Shown here one piece after another: positions 29,700 to 40,782 of a stretch of 64,000 nt of DNA. Source of the DNA: Auanema rhodensis (lineage: Eukaryota > Animalia > Nematoda); NCBI GenBank assembly GCA_964057225.1, contig OZ059895.1, positions 11,904,001 to 11,968,000 on the forward strand. The letters are read 5' to 3'. The notes beneath the pieces were generated by a model that worked only from the letters and a program-made list of their open reading frames with translations, made no database searches and was not told where the DNA came from. The translations under genes were made by a program, and so were the position numbers. How positions within the stretch are numbered: the first letter of the stretch is position 1; each line of letters opens with the position of its first letter.

Positions 29700-30907
29700 T
29701 TTCAAATTTTTTTAACGATCATACCACGTTGAAAGTACGCCATGCAGCTGATTTTCAATTTTATCTCTTCCGTAACAAATGTTTTCAATTTTCCAGCAGT
29801 TTTACTTAGATAGCTCAACCCAAGGCATTAAAATATCTTCAATCTTATTTCTATATTACAGTTATAAATTAGTAGTTTATGAACCTTCATCTTAACTTTA
29901 CTGTTTCTATCTATTTCCTATTGAAACAAACATTGTTTAAACACTATACAACTGTGAAACCTTTTTTAATTTATTGTATTTGGATCTCATAAGATTTGAT
30001 ATCATCGAGGGATTTAGATGTTACGTAGAAAATTACATAACTAACATGAAATTGGAAAAAAAACAATAACGAGGATAAGTATGTAGATCATTGAATATCA
30101 CATATTTTCGCTTACGACCATACCACGTTGAAAGTACGCCATGCAGCTGATTTTCAATTTTATCTCTTCCGTAACAAAAGTTTTCAATTTTCCAGCAGTT
30201 TTACTTAGATAGCTCAACCCAAGGCATTAAAATATCTTCAATCTTATTTCTATATTACAGTTATAAACCAGTAGTTTATGAACCTTAATCTTAACTTTAC
30301 TGTTTCTATCTATTTCCTATTAAAACAAACGTTGTTTAAACACTATACAACTGTGAAACCTTTTTTAATTTATTGTATTTGGAGCTCATAAGATTCAATA
30401 TCATCGAGGGATTTAGATGTAACGTGGAAAATTACATAACTAACATGAAATTGGTAAAAAAACAATAACGAGGATAAATATGTAAATCATTGAATATCAG
30501 ATATTTTCGCTTACGACCATACCACGTTGAAAGTACGCCATGCAGCTGATTTTCAATTTTATCTCTTCCGTAACAAATGTTTTCAATTTTCCAGCAGTTT
30601 TACTTAGATAGCTCAACCCAAGGCATCAAAATATCTTCAATCTTATTTCTTTATTACAGTTATAAACCAGTAGTTTATGAACCTTCATCTTAACTTTACT
30701 GTTTCTATCTATTTCCTATTAAAACAAACGTTGTTTAAACACTATACAACTGTGAAACCTTTTTTAATTTATTGTATTTGGAGCTCATAAGATTCAATAT
30801 CATCGAGGGATTTAGATGTAACGTGGAAAATTACATAACTAACATGAAATTGGAAAAAAAACAATAACGAGGATAAATATGTAAATCATTGAATATCAGA
30901 TATTTTC

Positions 30908-31026
30908 GCTTACGACCATACCACGTTGAAAGAACGCCATCCCGTCCGATCTGGCAAGTCAAGCAACGTTGGGCCCGGTTAGTACTTAGATCGGAGACGG
31001 CTTGGGAATCCCGGGTGCCGTAAGCT
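30908..31026 (+). rRNA. 5S rRNA: 5S rRNA, canonical class (T26A, G81A)
   Basis: Same as the 29581 copy. Confidence 0.88.
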
Positions 31027-31442
31027 TTTCAAATTTTTTTAACGATCATACCACGTTGAAAGTACGCCATGCAGCTGATTTTCAATTTTATCTCTTCCGT
31101 AACAAATGTTTTCAATTTTCCAGCAGTTTTACTTAGATAGCTCAACCCAAGGCATCAAAATATCTTCAATCTTATTTCTTTATTACAGTTATAAACCAGT
31201 AGTTTATGAACCTTCATCTTAACTTTACTGTTTCTATCTATTTCCTATTAAAACAAACGTTGTTTAAACACTATACAACTGTGAAACCTTTTTTAATTTA
31301 TTGTATTTGGAGCTCATAAGATTCAATATCATCGAGGGATTTAGATGTAACGTGGAAAATTACATAACTAACATGAAATTGGAAAAAAAACAATAACGAG
31401 GATAAATATGTAAATCATTGAATATCAGATATTTTCGCTTAC

Positions 31443-31451
31443 GACCATACC
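31443..31451 (+). repeat. Target site duplication, left copy (GACCATACC)
   Basis: Present once at this position in uninserted 5S genes and duplicated here on both sides of the element. A 10-bp reading (CGACCATACC) is possible, but 9 bp makes the TIRs equal in length. Confidence 0.92.
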
Positions 31452-31603
31452 GGCATTAATACATGTACGCATTTTTACATATACCTATTTAATACACACT
31501 ACATGGACACATTTTATTTCACATGTACGTAATATACGTGCGTATGTGTAGTATGTTTTTCACAAGTACCTATTTTTACATATTCAAACTTTCGACGGGT
31601 ACT
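31452..31603 (+). repeat. Left terminal inverted repeat (152 bp)
   Basis: GGCATTAATACATGTACGC...TTCGACGGGTACT is the reverse complement of 34796-34947, with 4 mismatches by eye (TIR positions 3, 4, 8 and one internal). Confidence 0.96.
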
Positions 31604-31625
31604 AAATTTTCTAATTTGTCATTTG

Positions 31626-31690
31626 AATTTCACATCACCACCCATGACGATAATTGCTTTTCTTATCGTTATGGGTGGTGATGTGAAATT
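31626..31690 (+). other. 65-nt hairpin (28-bp stem, 9-nt loop) between the left TIR and the transposase start
   Basis: AATTTCACATCACCACCCATGACGATAA-ttgcttttc-TTATCGTTATGGGTGGTGATGTGAAATT. The single mismatch is a G-U pair on the + strand. Confidence 0.9.
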
Positions 31691-31784
31691 TTTAGAGCAC
31701 TGTATGCGTGGTTTTCTCAAGGTAACTAGATATTATTTGTGGGTTTTAATTATTCTAATCTTAGATTTTGTGAGCTTGTTTTTA

Positions 31785-34724
31785 ATGAGACCCAACAGGA
31801 ACTTAACAGTGTTAGAAGCTCTTAATCTGTTGAAAAAATCAGAGTTAGTTCATTTTGAATTTTTAGTAAAGTACGTTGATACAGATCTGATGAACTGTCA
31901 GTAGTGGATTTTATGCCCGTGGTCGAGACAGTGGAGAAAGGATCATTCAATTATTTTCGTGATAAGAGCTCTGTTAATTTGGCTGATGTTTCAACAGATT
32001 GTTTCTCTCCTTGGTCAGGTTATGGTATAGAACGAAAAAGGTTTATCACGACAAACTTATTTATGTAGATAAGGATGGATGTCGTGTTACGGGTAATACG
32101 TATAAACGTTTTATTGAAGAAACAGAGGATGGTTACGTAGAATCTGCAGAAAATGTAGGATTAATTTTGAAAATAATGAGAAATCGACACCCTAATACTC
32201 AAGAATTTTATCGCGAGGTAGATTTTTCTTTTTTTATAAAAAATCTAAATGTTATAGATTTATTTCATTATGGATAATGGCACACTATGTTCGCACATAT
32301 TATATGCATATCGGGCTGGAGTAAGTGTGAATGATTTTTTTGTATAATTCGCTATTTAGTTCAATTTTGAACATTCATATTCACCTAAACCAATGCTTCC
32401 TTCTGAGGCTGCTGTGCTGAAAAATGCCCTTAATTATCGGTCTACAAAAGATGCTAAAACATTTCTGGCTGATCAAGGTATCCGAATCGACACCCAAAGA
32501 GTATTCAAGTTTTATATTTGCCTCTAGTAAAACTTTTATTTCAGTTAAGTAGCCTTAGTAGGTCCGTTCCATCTCATGTTAAAAGTCGTCAAGGCAGAAA
32601 AGCTCCACTCAATTTTCACAAACTAATGGATAGATTTATTGCAACGATTGATAATTCGGAGAAGTTGGAACAACCATTCATTGAAAAGCAGGGTAGCACA
32701 ATTTATCTATCTCGAATAAACATAATAACTTTCAGTTGATGGTGCGATTAATGTTCGGATTATGGTTTGTTATCCGATGGCGATTAAATGCTTCGCTACT
32801 AGCTTACCCACAATTGAAGATTTAAATGATCATAGAAGACATGTTGAGAATCTCTTGCACAAGCCAACTGATATTTTAAATGCTGAATTCAGTATTGAAA
32901 TGTAAGCTTAACAACTTTTATACAGTTTTATTTAGATAAATATCTGACTAGAGTGAATAGTAGTGGCAGTTTGCCACTAGTTGGGTCATGCCTGATGATA
33001 GATACAACATTTTCGTTAGCCAGTTCTGAATATGTCACTATTGTTTTAGGTGTTTCTGAAACGTTTTTGTACGTTATCAAAAATTAGACACACTTTAACA
33101 CTTATTTTAGAAGTTCTGTTTCTGGGAAGAATAGTAGCTTGCTTTTAGGGTTGATGATACATAGCAAGAAAAGTTTGGAGAATCATGAAGTCTTTTCTCA
33201 GTTTCTCAACAAGGTTTTTAATGAGTATTGCGCTGGGAAAACCATCGGTTTAATAGTACATGATGGGGAAGAGTCGTTTCGCGTTTATAATACTGTATAA
33301 ACTCATACATATTCGTTTTTGAGATATTGGTTTTAGGGGACGTTTTTCAAAAATGCCCTTCTTTTACGTTGCGATGTTCATCGCATTAACAATTTGAAAG
33401 AAGCGTGTGCTGGAGATCATAATGTTGACGAATTGAAAAAAATTATCTGGGGTGAAAAAATTAACGTATGTTTCTATTAGATTCTAAGTACTTTTTATAT
33501 TCATAATAGTTACTTGGCGCTACTGTCCTAAAAAAAGGAGTTGTACAAACTCTTCGAAGAAGTGAATATTCCGAAAAAATGATTCGATTAATATCTACTT
33601 TAGAAGAATGTAAATTGAAAAAATGGTGCTATTCAATAAAAAGATAAAAGTTTATTAATTTGTTTAGGCTAACTGATAACTTCGATGATCTTTTTGAGCA
33701 CAACAGCATGCTAACAAAATTGAAAGCGGGTTGGCCGGCCCAATACGTTAGCTCCAACATTATCGAAAGTAAAAACGCGCATATAAAGATGATTGTTAAC
33801 GCTCGGAAACCTGGTGGAAAACTAATGGATGATTTTTTGAATTTACACAAAAGTAGGTTTTTTTTTGCATTATTGTTTATAATATGTTTAACAGACGAAA
33901 TAAATGATTGTTTACGCTGTATATCCGGACAGACGTCTAGATATCAATCCAATCATTCTGTTTCTTTTGAAACATGGTCTACATTCTCAGCCGCTGAAAA
34001 GCGACACCATCTTTGGATATTTGGGCTAGAAGATTTGATGCCTGATGATGTTCTCGATTGTATTCCTAAGTGGCTAATTCCAGGTTTATAATTGAAAAAG
34101 TTCTATTTGTAATGAAACACTGCTTCAGATAAAAAAATTGATAGAGAAAACATACTCAGTGTACTTGCTAATCTGGATGTATTTCGTTTTCAAAATTTAA
34201 ATTTTGTGAAAAAAAAAGATGATCATAGGTTATATATATGTCAAACTGAATTACGATCTATAATACTATTGCTTTTTTAGTTGTTGTGTGGTTCATATCA
34301 AAGATGATAAACTATTTTGTGAGAATATAATGTGTAAGCGGAAAAAGAAATTTAAGCTGTGTGTTCATAAGTAAGTTAAAAATGTTTCAAAAATTATATA
34401 GTTGGTTTAGGATATCCGTAGTCGTGAAACTGTCTGAATTAGAGAGAGCATCAGTTATATCGGTTCTTGAGAAAAAAAAAGATGAAATAACATGTTCAAC
34501 ATTACTGAGAGAGCAAGCAAGGCCAGAACATGGCACAAAATATGTTCGAAGAAAAGGACATCAGTTCAGCAAGCACAACGGGACGAGAAATTACATGGGT
34601 CTCTTGGAGTACAGAAATATAAGCTTATCTTTCATGCAGTATATTTTTTATTTTCAGCACAACCACGTCCTCGCTAGACTTATCAGAAATAAGCACAGAA
34701 AGTTCGATTGAATTGAAATCTTGA
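31785..34724 (+). CDS. MULE/Mutator-family DDE transposase with SWIM-like zinc finger, ~746 aa, 17 exons (alternative in-frame start at 31704)
   Basis: Predicted GT-AG introns: 31844-31884, 32019-32068, 32218-32257, 32321-32359, 32501-32544, 32693-32735, 32892-32935, 33069-33110, 33295-33336, 33466-33509, 33626-33667, 33853-33894, 34084-34128, 34229-34280, 34371-34410, 34609-34657. Removing them leaves 2241 nt with no internal stop. Motifs: LMIDTTF (D at 33001), LIVHDGEE (D at 33262), LLRCDVH (CxxH, 33370-33381), SSNIIESKNAHIK (E at 33765), CENIMC-x8-CVH (34318-34368). The listed + strand ORFs at 31623, 31999, 32518, 33660 and 34361 overlap exons of this gene. Confidence 0.88.
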
Positions 34725-34795
34725 ATCTATATAAACTTGTTTCTAATTTTACTTCTTCATTTTGAAAGCAAACCACCAACAACGAAAATGAAATA

Positions 34796-34947
34796 AGTAC
34801 CCGTCGAAAGTTTGAATATGTAAAAATAGGTACTTGTGAAAAACATACTACACATACGCATGTATATTACGTACATGTGAAATAAAATGTGTCCATGTAG
34901 TGTGTATTAAATAGGTATATGTAAAAATGCGTACATGTAATAAGTCC
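34796..34947 (-). repeat. Right terminal inverted repeat (152 bp)
   Basis: AGTACCCGTCGAA...GCGTACATGTAATAAGTCC, the reverse complement of the left TIR. Confidence 0.96.
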
Positions 34948-34956
34948 GACCATACC
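34948..34956 (+). repeat. Target site duplication, right copy (GACCATACC)
   Basis: Identical to 31443-31451. Confidence 0.92.
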
Positions 34957-35471
34957 ACGTTGAAAGAACGCCATCCCGTCCGATCTGGCAAGTCAAGCAA
35001 CGTTGGGCCCGGTTAGTACTTGGATCGGAGACAGCTTGGGAATCCCGGGTGCCGTAAGCTTTTCAAATTTTTTTAACGATCATACCACGTTGAAAGTACG
35101 CCATGCAGCTGATTTTCAATTTTATCTCTTCCGTAACAAATGTTTTCAATTTTCCAGCAGTTTTACTTAGATAGCTCAACCCAAGCCATTGAAATATCTT
35201 CAATCTTATTTCTATATTACAGTTATAAACCAGTAGTTTATGAACCTTCATCTTAACTTTACTGTTTCTATCTATTTCCTATTGAAACAAACATTGTTTA
35301 AACACTATACAACTGTGAAACCTTTTTTAATTTATTGTATTTGGATCTCATAAGATTTGATATCATCGAGGGATTTAGATGTTACGTAGAAAAGTACATA
35401 ACTAACATGAAATTTGGAAAAAAAACAATAACGAGGATAAGTATGTAAATCATTGAATATCAGATATTTTC

Positions 35472-35590
35472 GCTTACGACCATACCACTTTGAAAGTACG
35501 CCATCCCGTCCGATCTGGCAAGTCAAGCAACGTTGGGCCCGGTTAGTACTTGGATCGGAGACGGCTTGGGAATCCCGGGTGCCGTAAGCT
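35472..35590 (+). rRNA. 5S rRNA: 5S rRNA, canonical class (G18T)
   Basis: Full-length 5S with oligo-T terminator. Confidence 0.88.
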
Positions 35591-36799
35591 TTTCAAATTT
35601 TTTTAACGATCATACCACGTTGAAAGTACGCCATGCAGCTGATTTTCAATTTTATCTCTTCCGTAACAAATGTTTTCAATTTTCCAGCAGTTTTACTTAG
35701 ATAGCTCAACCCAAGGCATTAAAATATCTTCAATCTTATTTCTATATTATAGTTATAAACCAGTAGTTTATGAACCTTAATCTTAACTTTACTGTTTCTA
35801 TCTATTTCCTATTAAAACAAACGTTGTTTAAACACTATACAACTGTGAAACCTTTTTTAATTTATTGTATTTGGATCTCATAAGATTTGATATCATCGAG
35901 GGATTTAGATGTTACGTAGAAAATTACATAACTAACATGAAATTGGAAAAAAAACAATAACGAGGATAAGTATGTAGATCATTGAATATCAGATATTTTC
36001 GCTTACGACCATACCACGTTGAAAGTACGCCATGCAGCTGATTTTCAATTTTATCTCTTCCGTAGCAAAAGTTTTCAATTTTCCAGCAGTTTAACTTAGA
36101 TAGCTCAACCCAAGGCATTAAAATATCTTCAATCTTATTTCTATATTACAGTTATAAACCAGTAGTTTATGAACCTTAATCTTAACGTTACTGTTTCTAT
36201 CTATTTCCTATTAAAACAAACGTTGTTTAAACACTATACAACTGTGAAACCTTTTTTAATTTATTGTATTTGGAGCTCATAAGATTCAATATCATCGAGG
36301 GATTTAGATGTAACGTGGAAAATTACATAACTAACATGAAATTGGAAAAAAAACAATAACGAGGATAAGTATGTAAATCATTAAATATCAGATATTTCCG
36401 CTTACGACCATACCACGTTGAAAGTACGCCATGCAGCTGATTTTCAATTTTATCTCTTCCGTAACAAATGTTTTCAATTTTCCAGCAGTTTTACTTAGAT
36501 AGCTCAACCCAAGGCATCAAAATATCTTCAATCTTATTTTTTTATTACAGTTATAAACCAGTAGTTTATGAACCTTCATCTTAACTTTACTGTTTCTATC
36601 TATTTCCTATTAAAACAAACGTTGTTTAAACACTATACAACTGTGAAACCTTTTTTAATTTATTGTATTTGGATTTCATAAGATTTGATATCATCGAGGG
36701 ATTTAGATGTTACGTAGAAAAGTACATAACTAACATGAAATTTGGAAAAAAAACAATAACGAGGATAAGTATGTAAATCATTAAATATCAGATATTTTC

Positions 36800-36918
36800 G
36801 CTTACGACCATACCACGTTGAAAGTACGCCATCCCGTCCGATCTGGCAAGTCAAGCAACGTTGGGCCCGGTTAGTACTTGGATCGGAGACGGCTTGGGAA
36901 TCCCGGGTGCCGTAAGCT
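36800..36918 (+). rRNA. 5S rRNA: 5S rRNA, canonical
   Basis: GCTTACGACC...CCGTAAGCT. The 5' and 3' ends pair (helix I) and an oligo-T terminator follows. Confidence 0.93.
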
Positions 36919-36932
36919 TTTCAAATTTTTTT
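36918..36932 (+). terminator. Pol III oligo-T terminator TTTT-CAAA-TTTTTTT (representative; the T7 run follows every full 5S)
   Basis: Runs of 4 or more T directly after the 5S 3' end are the standard Pol III terminator. Confidence 0.75.
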
Positions 36933-38127
36933 AACGATCATACCACGTTGAAAGTACGCCATGCAGCTGATTTTCAATTTTATCTCTTCCGTAACAAATG
37001 TTTTCAATTTTCCAGCAGTTTTACTTAGATAGCTCAACCCAAGGCATTAAAATATCTTCAATCTTATTTCTATATTATAGTTATAAACCAGTAGTTTATG
37101 AACCTTAATCTTAACTTTACTGTTTCTATCTATTTCCTATTAAAACAAACGTTGTTTAAACACTATACAACTGTGAAACCTTTTTTAATTTATTGTATTT
37201 GGATCTCATAAGATTTGATATCATCGAGGGATTTAGATGTTACGTAGAAAATTACATAACTAACATGAAATTGGAAAAAAAACAATAACGAGGATAAGTA
37301 TGTAGATCATTGAATATCAGATATTTTCGCTTACGACCATACCACGTTGAAAGTACGCCATGCAGCTGATTTTCAATTTTATCTCTTCCGTAGCAAAAGT
37401 TTTCAATTTTCCAGCAGTTTTACTTAGATAGCTCAACCCAAGGCATTGAAATATCTTCAATCTTATTTCTATATTACAGTTATAAACCAGTAGTTTATGA
37501 ACCTTAATCTTAACTTTACTGTTTCTATCTATTTCCTATTAAAACAAACGTTGTTTAAACACTATACAACTGTGAAACCTTTTTTAATTTATTGTATTTG
37601 GAGCTCATAAGATTCAATATCATCGAGGGATTTAGATGTAACGTGGAAAATTACATAACTAACATGAAATTGGAAAAAAAACAATAACGAGGATAAGTAT
37701 GTAAATCATTGAATATCAGATATTTCCGCTTACGACCATACCACGTTGAAAGTACGCCATGCAGCTGATTTTCAATTTTATCTCTTCCGTAACAAATGTT
37801 TTCAATTTTCCAGCAGTTTTACTTAGATAGCTCAACCCAAGGCATCAAAATATCTTCAATCTTATTTTTTTATTACAGTTATAAACCAGTAGTTTATGAA
37901 CCTTCATCTTAACTTTACTGTTTCTATCTATTTCCTATTAAAACAAACGTTGTTTAAACACTATACAACTGTGAAACCTTTTTTAATTTATTGTATTTGG
38001 ATCTCATAAGATTTGATATCATCGAGGGATTTAGATGTTACGTAGAAAAGTACATAACTAACATGAAATTTGGAAAAAAAACAATAACGAGGATAAGTAT
38101 GTAAATCATTGAATATCAGATATTTTC

Positions 38128-38246
38128 GCTTACGACCATACCACGTTGAAAGTACGCCATCCCGTCCGATCTGGCAAGTCAAGCAACGTTGGGCCCGGTT
38201 AGTACTTGGATCGGAGACGGCTTGGGAATCCCGGGTGCCGTAAGCT
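38128..38246 (+). rRNA. 5S rRNA: 5S rRNA, canonical
   Basis: Same as the 36800 copy. Confidence 0.93.
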
Positions 38247-39455
38247 TTTCAAATTTTTTTAACGATCATACCACGTTGAAAGTACGCCATGCAGCTGATT
38301 TTCAATTTTATCTCTTCCGTAACAAATGTTTTCAATTTTCCAGCAGTTTTACTTAGATAGCTCAACCCAAGGCATTAAAATATCTTCATTCTTATTTCTA
38401 TATTATAGTTATAAACCAGTAGTTTATGAACCTTAATCTTAACTTTACTGTTTCTATCTATTTCCTATTAAAACAAACGTTGTTTAAACACTAAACAACT
38501 GTGAAACCTTTTTTAATTTATTGTATTTGGATCTCATAAGATTTGATATCATCGAGGGATTTAGATGTTACGTAGAAAATTACATAACTAACATGAAATT
38601 GGAAAAAAAACAATAACGAGGATAAGTATGTAGATCATTGAATATCAGATATTTTCGCTTACGACCATACCACGTTGAAAGTACGCCATGCAGCTGATTT
38701 TCAATTTTATCTCTTCCGTAGCAAAAGTTTTCAATTTTCCAGCAGTTTTACTTAGATAGCTCAACCCAAGGCATTAAAATATCTTCAATCTTATTTCTAT
38801 ATTACAGTTATAAACCAGTAGTTTATGAACCTTAATCTTAACTTTACTGTTTCTATCTATTTCCTATTAAAACAAACGTTGTTTAAACACTATACAACTG
38901 TGAAACCTTTTTTAATTTATTGTATTTGGAGCTCATAAGATTCAATATCATCGAGGGATTTAGATGTAACGTGGAAAATTACATAACTAACATGAAATTG
39001 GAAAAAAAACAATAACGAGGATAAGTATGTAAATCATTGAATATCAGATATTTCCGCTTACGACCATACCACGTTGAAAGTACGCCATGCAGCTGATTTT
39101 CAATTTTATCTCTTCCGTAACAAATGTTTTCAATTTTCCAGCAGTTTTACTTAGATAGCTCAACCCAAGGCATCAAAATATCTTCAATCTTATTTTTTTA
39201 TTACAGTTATAAACCAGTAGTTTATGAACCTTCATCTTAACTTTACTGTTTCTATCTATTTCCTATTAAAACAAACGTTGTTTAAACACTATACAACTGT
39301 GAAACCTTTTTTAATTTATTGTATTTGGATCTCATAAGATTTGATATCATCGAGGGATTTAGATGTTACGTAGAAAAGTACATAACTAACATGAAATTTG
39401 GAAAAAAAACAATAACGAGGATAAGTATGTAAATCATTGAATATCAGATATTTTC

Positions 39456-39574
39456 GCTTACGACCATACCACGTTGAAAGTACGCCATCCCGTCCGATCT
39501 GGCAAGTCAAGCAACGTTGGGCCCGGTTAGTACTTGGATCGGAGACGGCTTGGGAATCCCGGGTGCCGTAAGCT
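39456..39574 (+). rRNA. 5S rRNA: 5S rRNA, canonical
   Basis: Same as the 36800 copy. Confidence 0.93.
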
Positions 39575-40782
39575 TTTCAAATTTTTTTAACGATCATACC
39601 ACGTTGAAAGTACGCCATGCAGCTGATTTTCAATTTTATCTCTTCCGTAACAAATGTTTTCAATTTTCCAGCAGTTTTACTTAGATAGCTCAACCCAAGG
39701 CATTAAAATATCTTCAATCTTATTTCTATATTATAGTTATAAACCAGTAGTTTATGAACCTTAATCTTAACTTTACTGTTTCTATCTATTTCCTATTAAA
39801 ACAAACGTTGTTTAAACACTATACAACTGTGAAACCTTTTTTAATTTATTGTATTTGGATCTCATAAGATTTGATATCATCGAGGGATTTAGATGTTACG
39901 TAGAAAATTACATAACTAACATGAAATTGGAAAAAAAACAATAACGAGGATAAGTATGTAGATCATTGAATATCAGATATTTTCGCTTACGACCATACCA
40001 CGTTGAAAGTACGCCATGCAGCTGATTTTCAATTTTATCTCTTCCGTAGCAAAAGTTTTCAATTTTCCAGCAGTTTTACTTAGATAGCTCAACCCAAGGC
40101 ATTAAAATATCTTCAATCTTATTTCTATATTACAGTTATAAACCAGTAGTTTATGAACCTTAATCTTAACTTTACTGTTTCTATCTATTTCCTATTAAAA
40201 CAAACGTTGTTTAAACACTATACAACTGTGAAACCTTTTTTAATTTATTGTATTTGGAGCTCATAAGATTCAATATCATCGAGGGATTTAGATGTAACGT
40301 GGAAAATTACATAACTAACATGAAATTGGAAAAAAAACAATAACGAGGATAAGTATGTAAATCATTGAATATCAGATATTTCCGCTTACGACCATACCAC
40401 GTTGAAAGTACGCCATGCAGCTGATTTTCAATTTTATCTCTTCCGTAACAAATGTTTTCAATTTTCCAGCAGTTTTACTTAGATAGCTCAACCCAAGGCA
40501 TCAAAATATCTTCAATCTTATTTTTTTATTACAGTTATAAACCAGTAGTTTATGAACCTTCATCTTAACTTTACTGTTTCTATCTATTTCCTATTAAAAC
40601 AAACGTTGTTTAAACACTATACAACTGTGAAACCTTTTTTAATTTATTGTATTTGGAGCTCATAAGATTCAATATCATCGAGGGATTTAGATGTAACGTG
40701 GAAAATTACATAACTAACATGAAATTGGAAAAAAAACAATAACGAGGATAAATATGTAAATCATTCAATATCAGATATTTTC

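Larger units (their letters stand above)
1..31451 (+). repeat. 5S rDNA-derived tandem array, left arm (399-bp monomers = 5S nt 1-33 + spacer, interspersed with 529-bp units carrying a full 5S)
   Basis: GTTGAAAGTACGCCAT recurs at 1, 400, 799 etc. (399-bp period). The monomer head GCTTACGACCATACCACGTTGAAAGTACGCCAT equals the first 33 nt of the full 5S copies in the same array. Confidence 0.97.
31452..34947 (+). mobile_element. Autonomous Mutator-like (MULE/MuDR) DNA transposon, 3,496 bp, inserted in a 5S rRNA gene
   Basis: 152-bp TIRs with GG...CC ends, 9-bp TSD GACCATACC on both sides, and an internal spliced ORF with DDE, CxxH and SWIM-like motifs. Long TIRs plus a 9-bp TSD are typical of the Mutator superfamily. 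Confidence 0.93.
31437..35060 (+). pseudogene. 5S rRNA: 5S rRNA gene (canonical class) split by the transposon: nt 1-15 at 31437-31451, nt 7-119 at 34948-35060
   Basis: Removing the element and one TSD rebuilds a 119-nt 5S matching the copy at 40783. Confidence 0.93.

Noticed and set aside
33629-33850. 73-aa minus-strand ORF, and the 61-aa ORF at 34492-34677
   Set aside because: These are antisense or alternate-frame shadows of transposase exons. There is no support for a mudrB-like second gene.
31452-34947. Assignment to Dada, piggyBac/Pokey, hAT, Tc1/mariner or a non-LTR retroelement
   Set aside because: 152-bp TIRs, a 9-bp TSD that is not TA, TTAA or 8 bp, no RT domain, and CxxH plus SWIM-like motifs all fit Mutator better.
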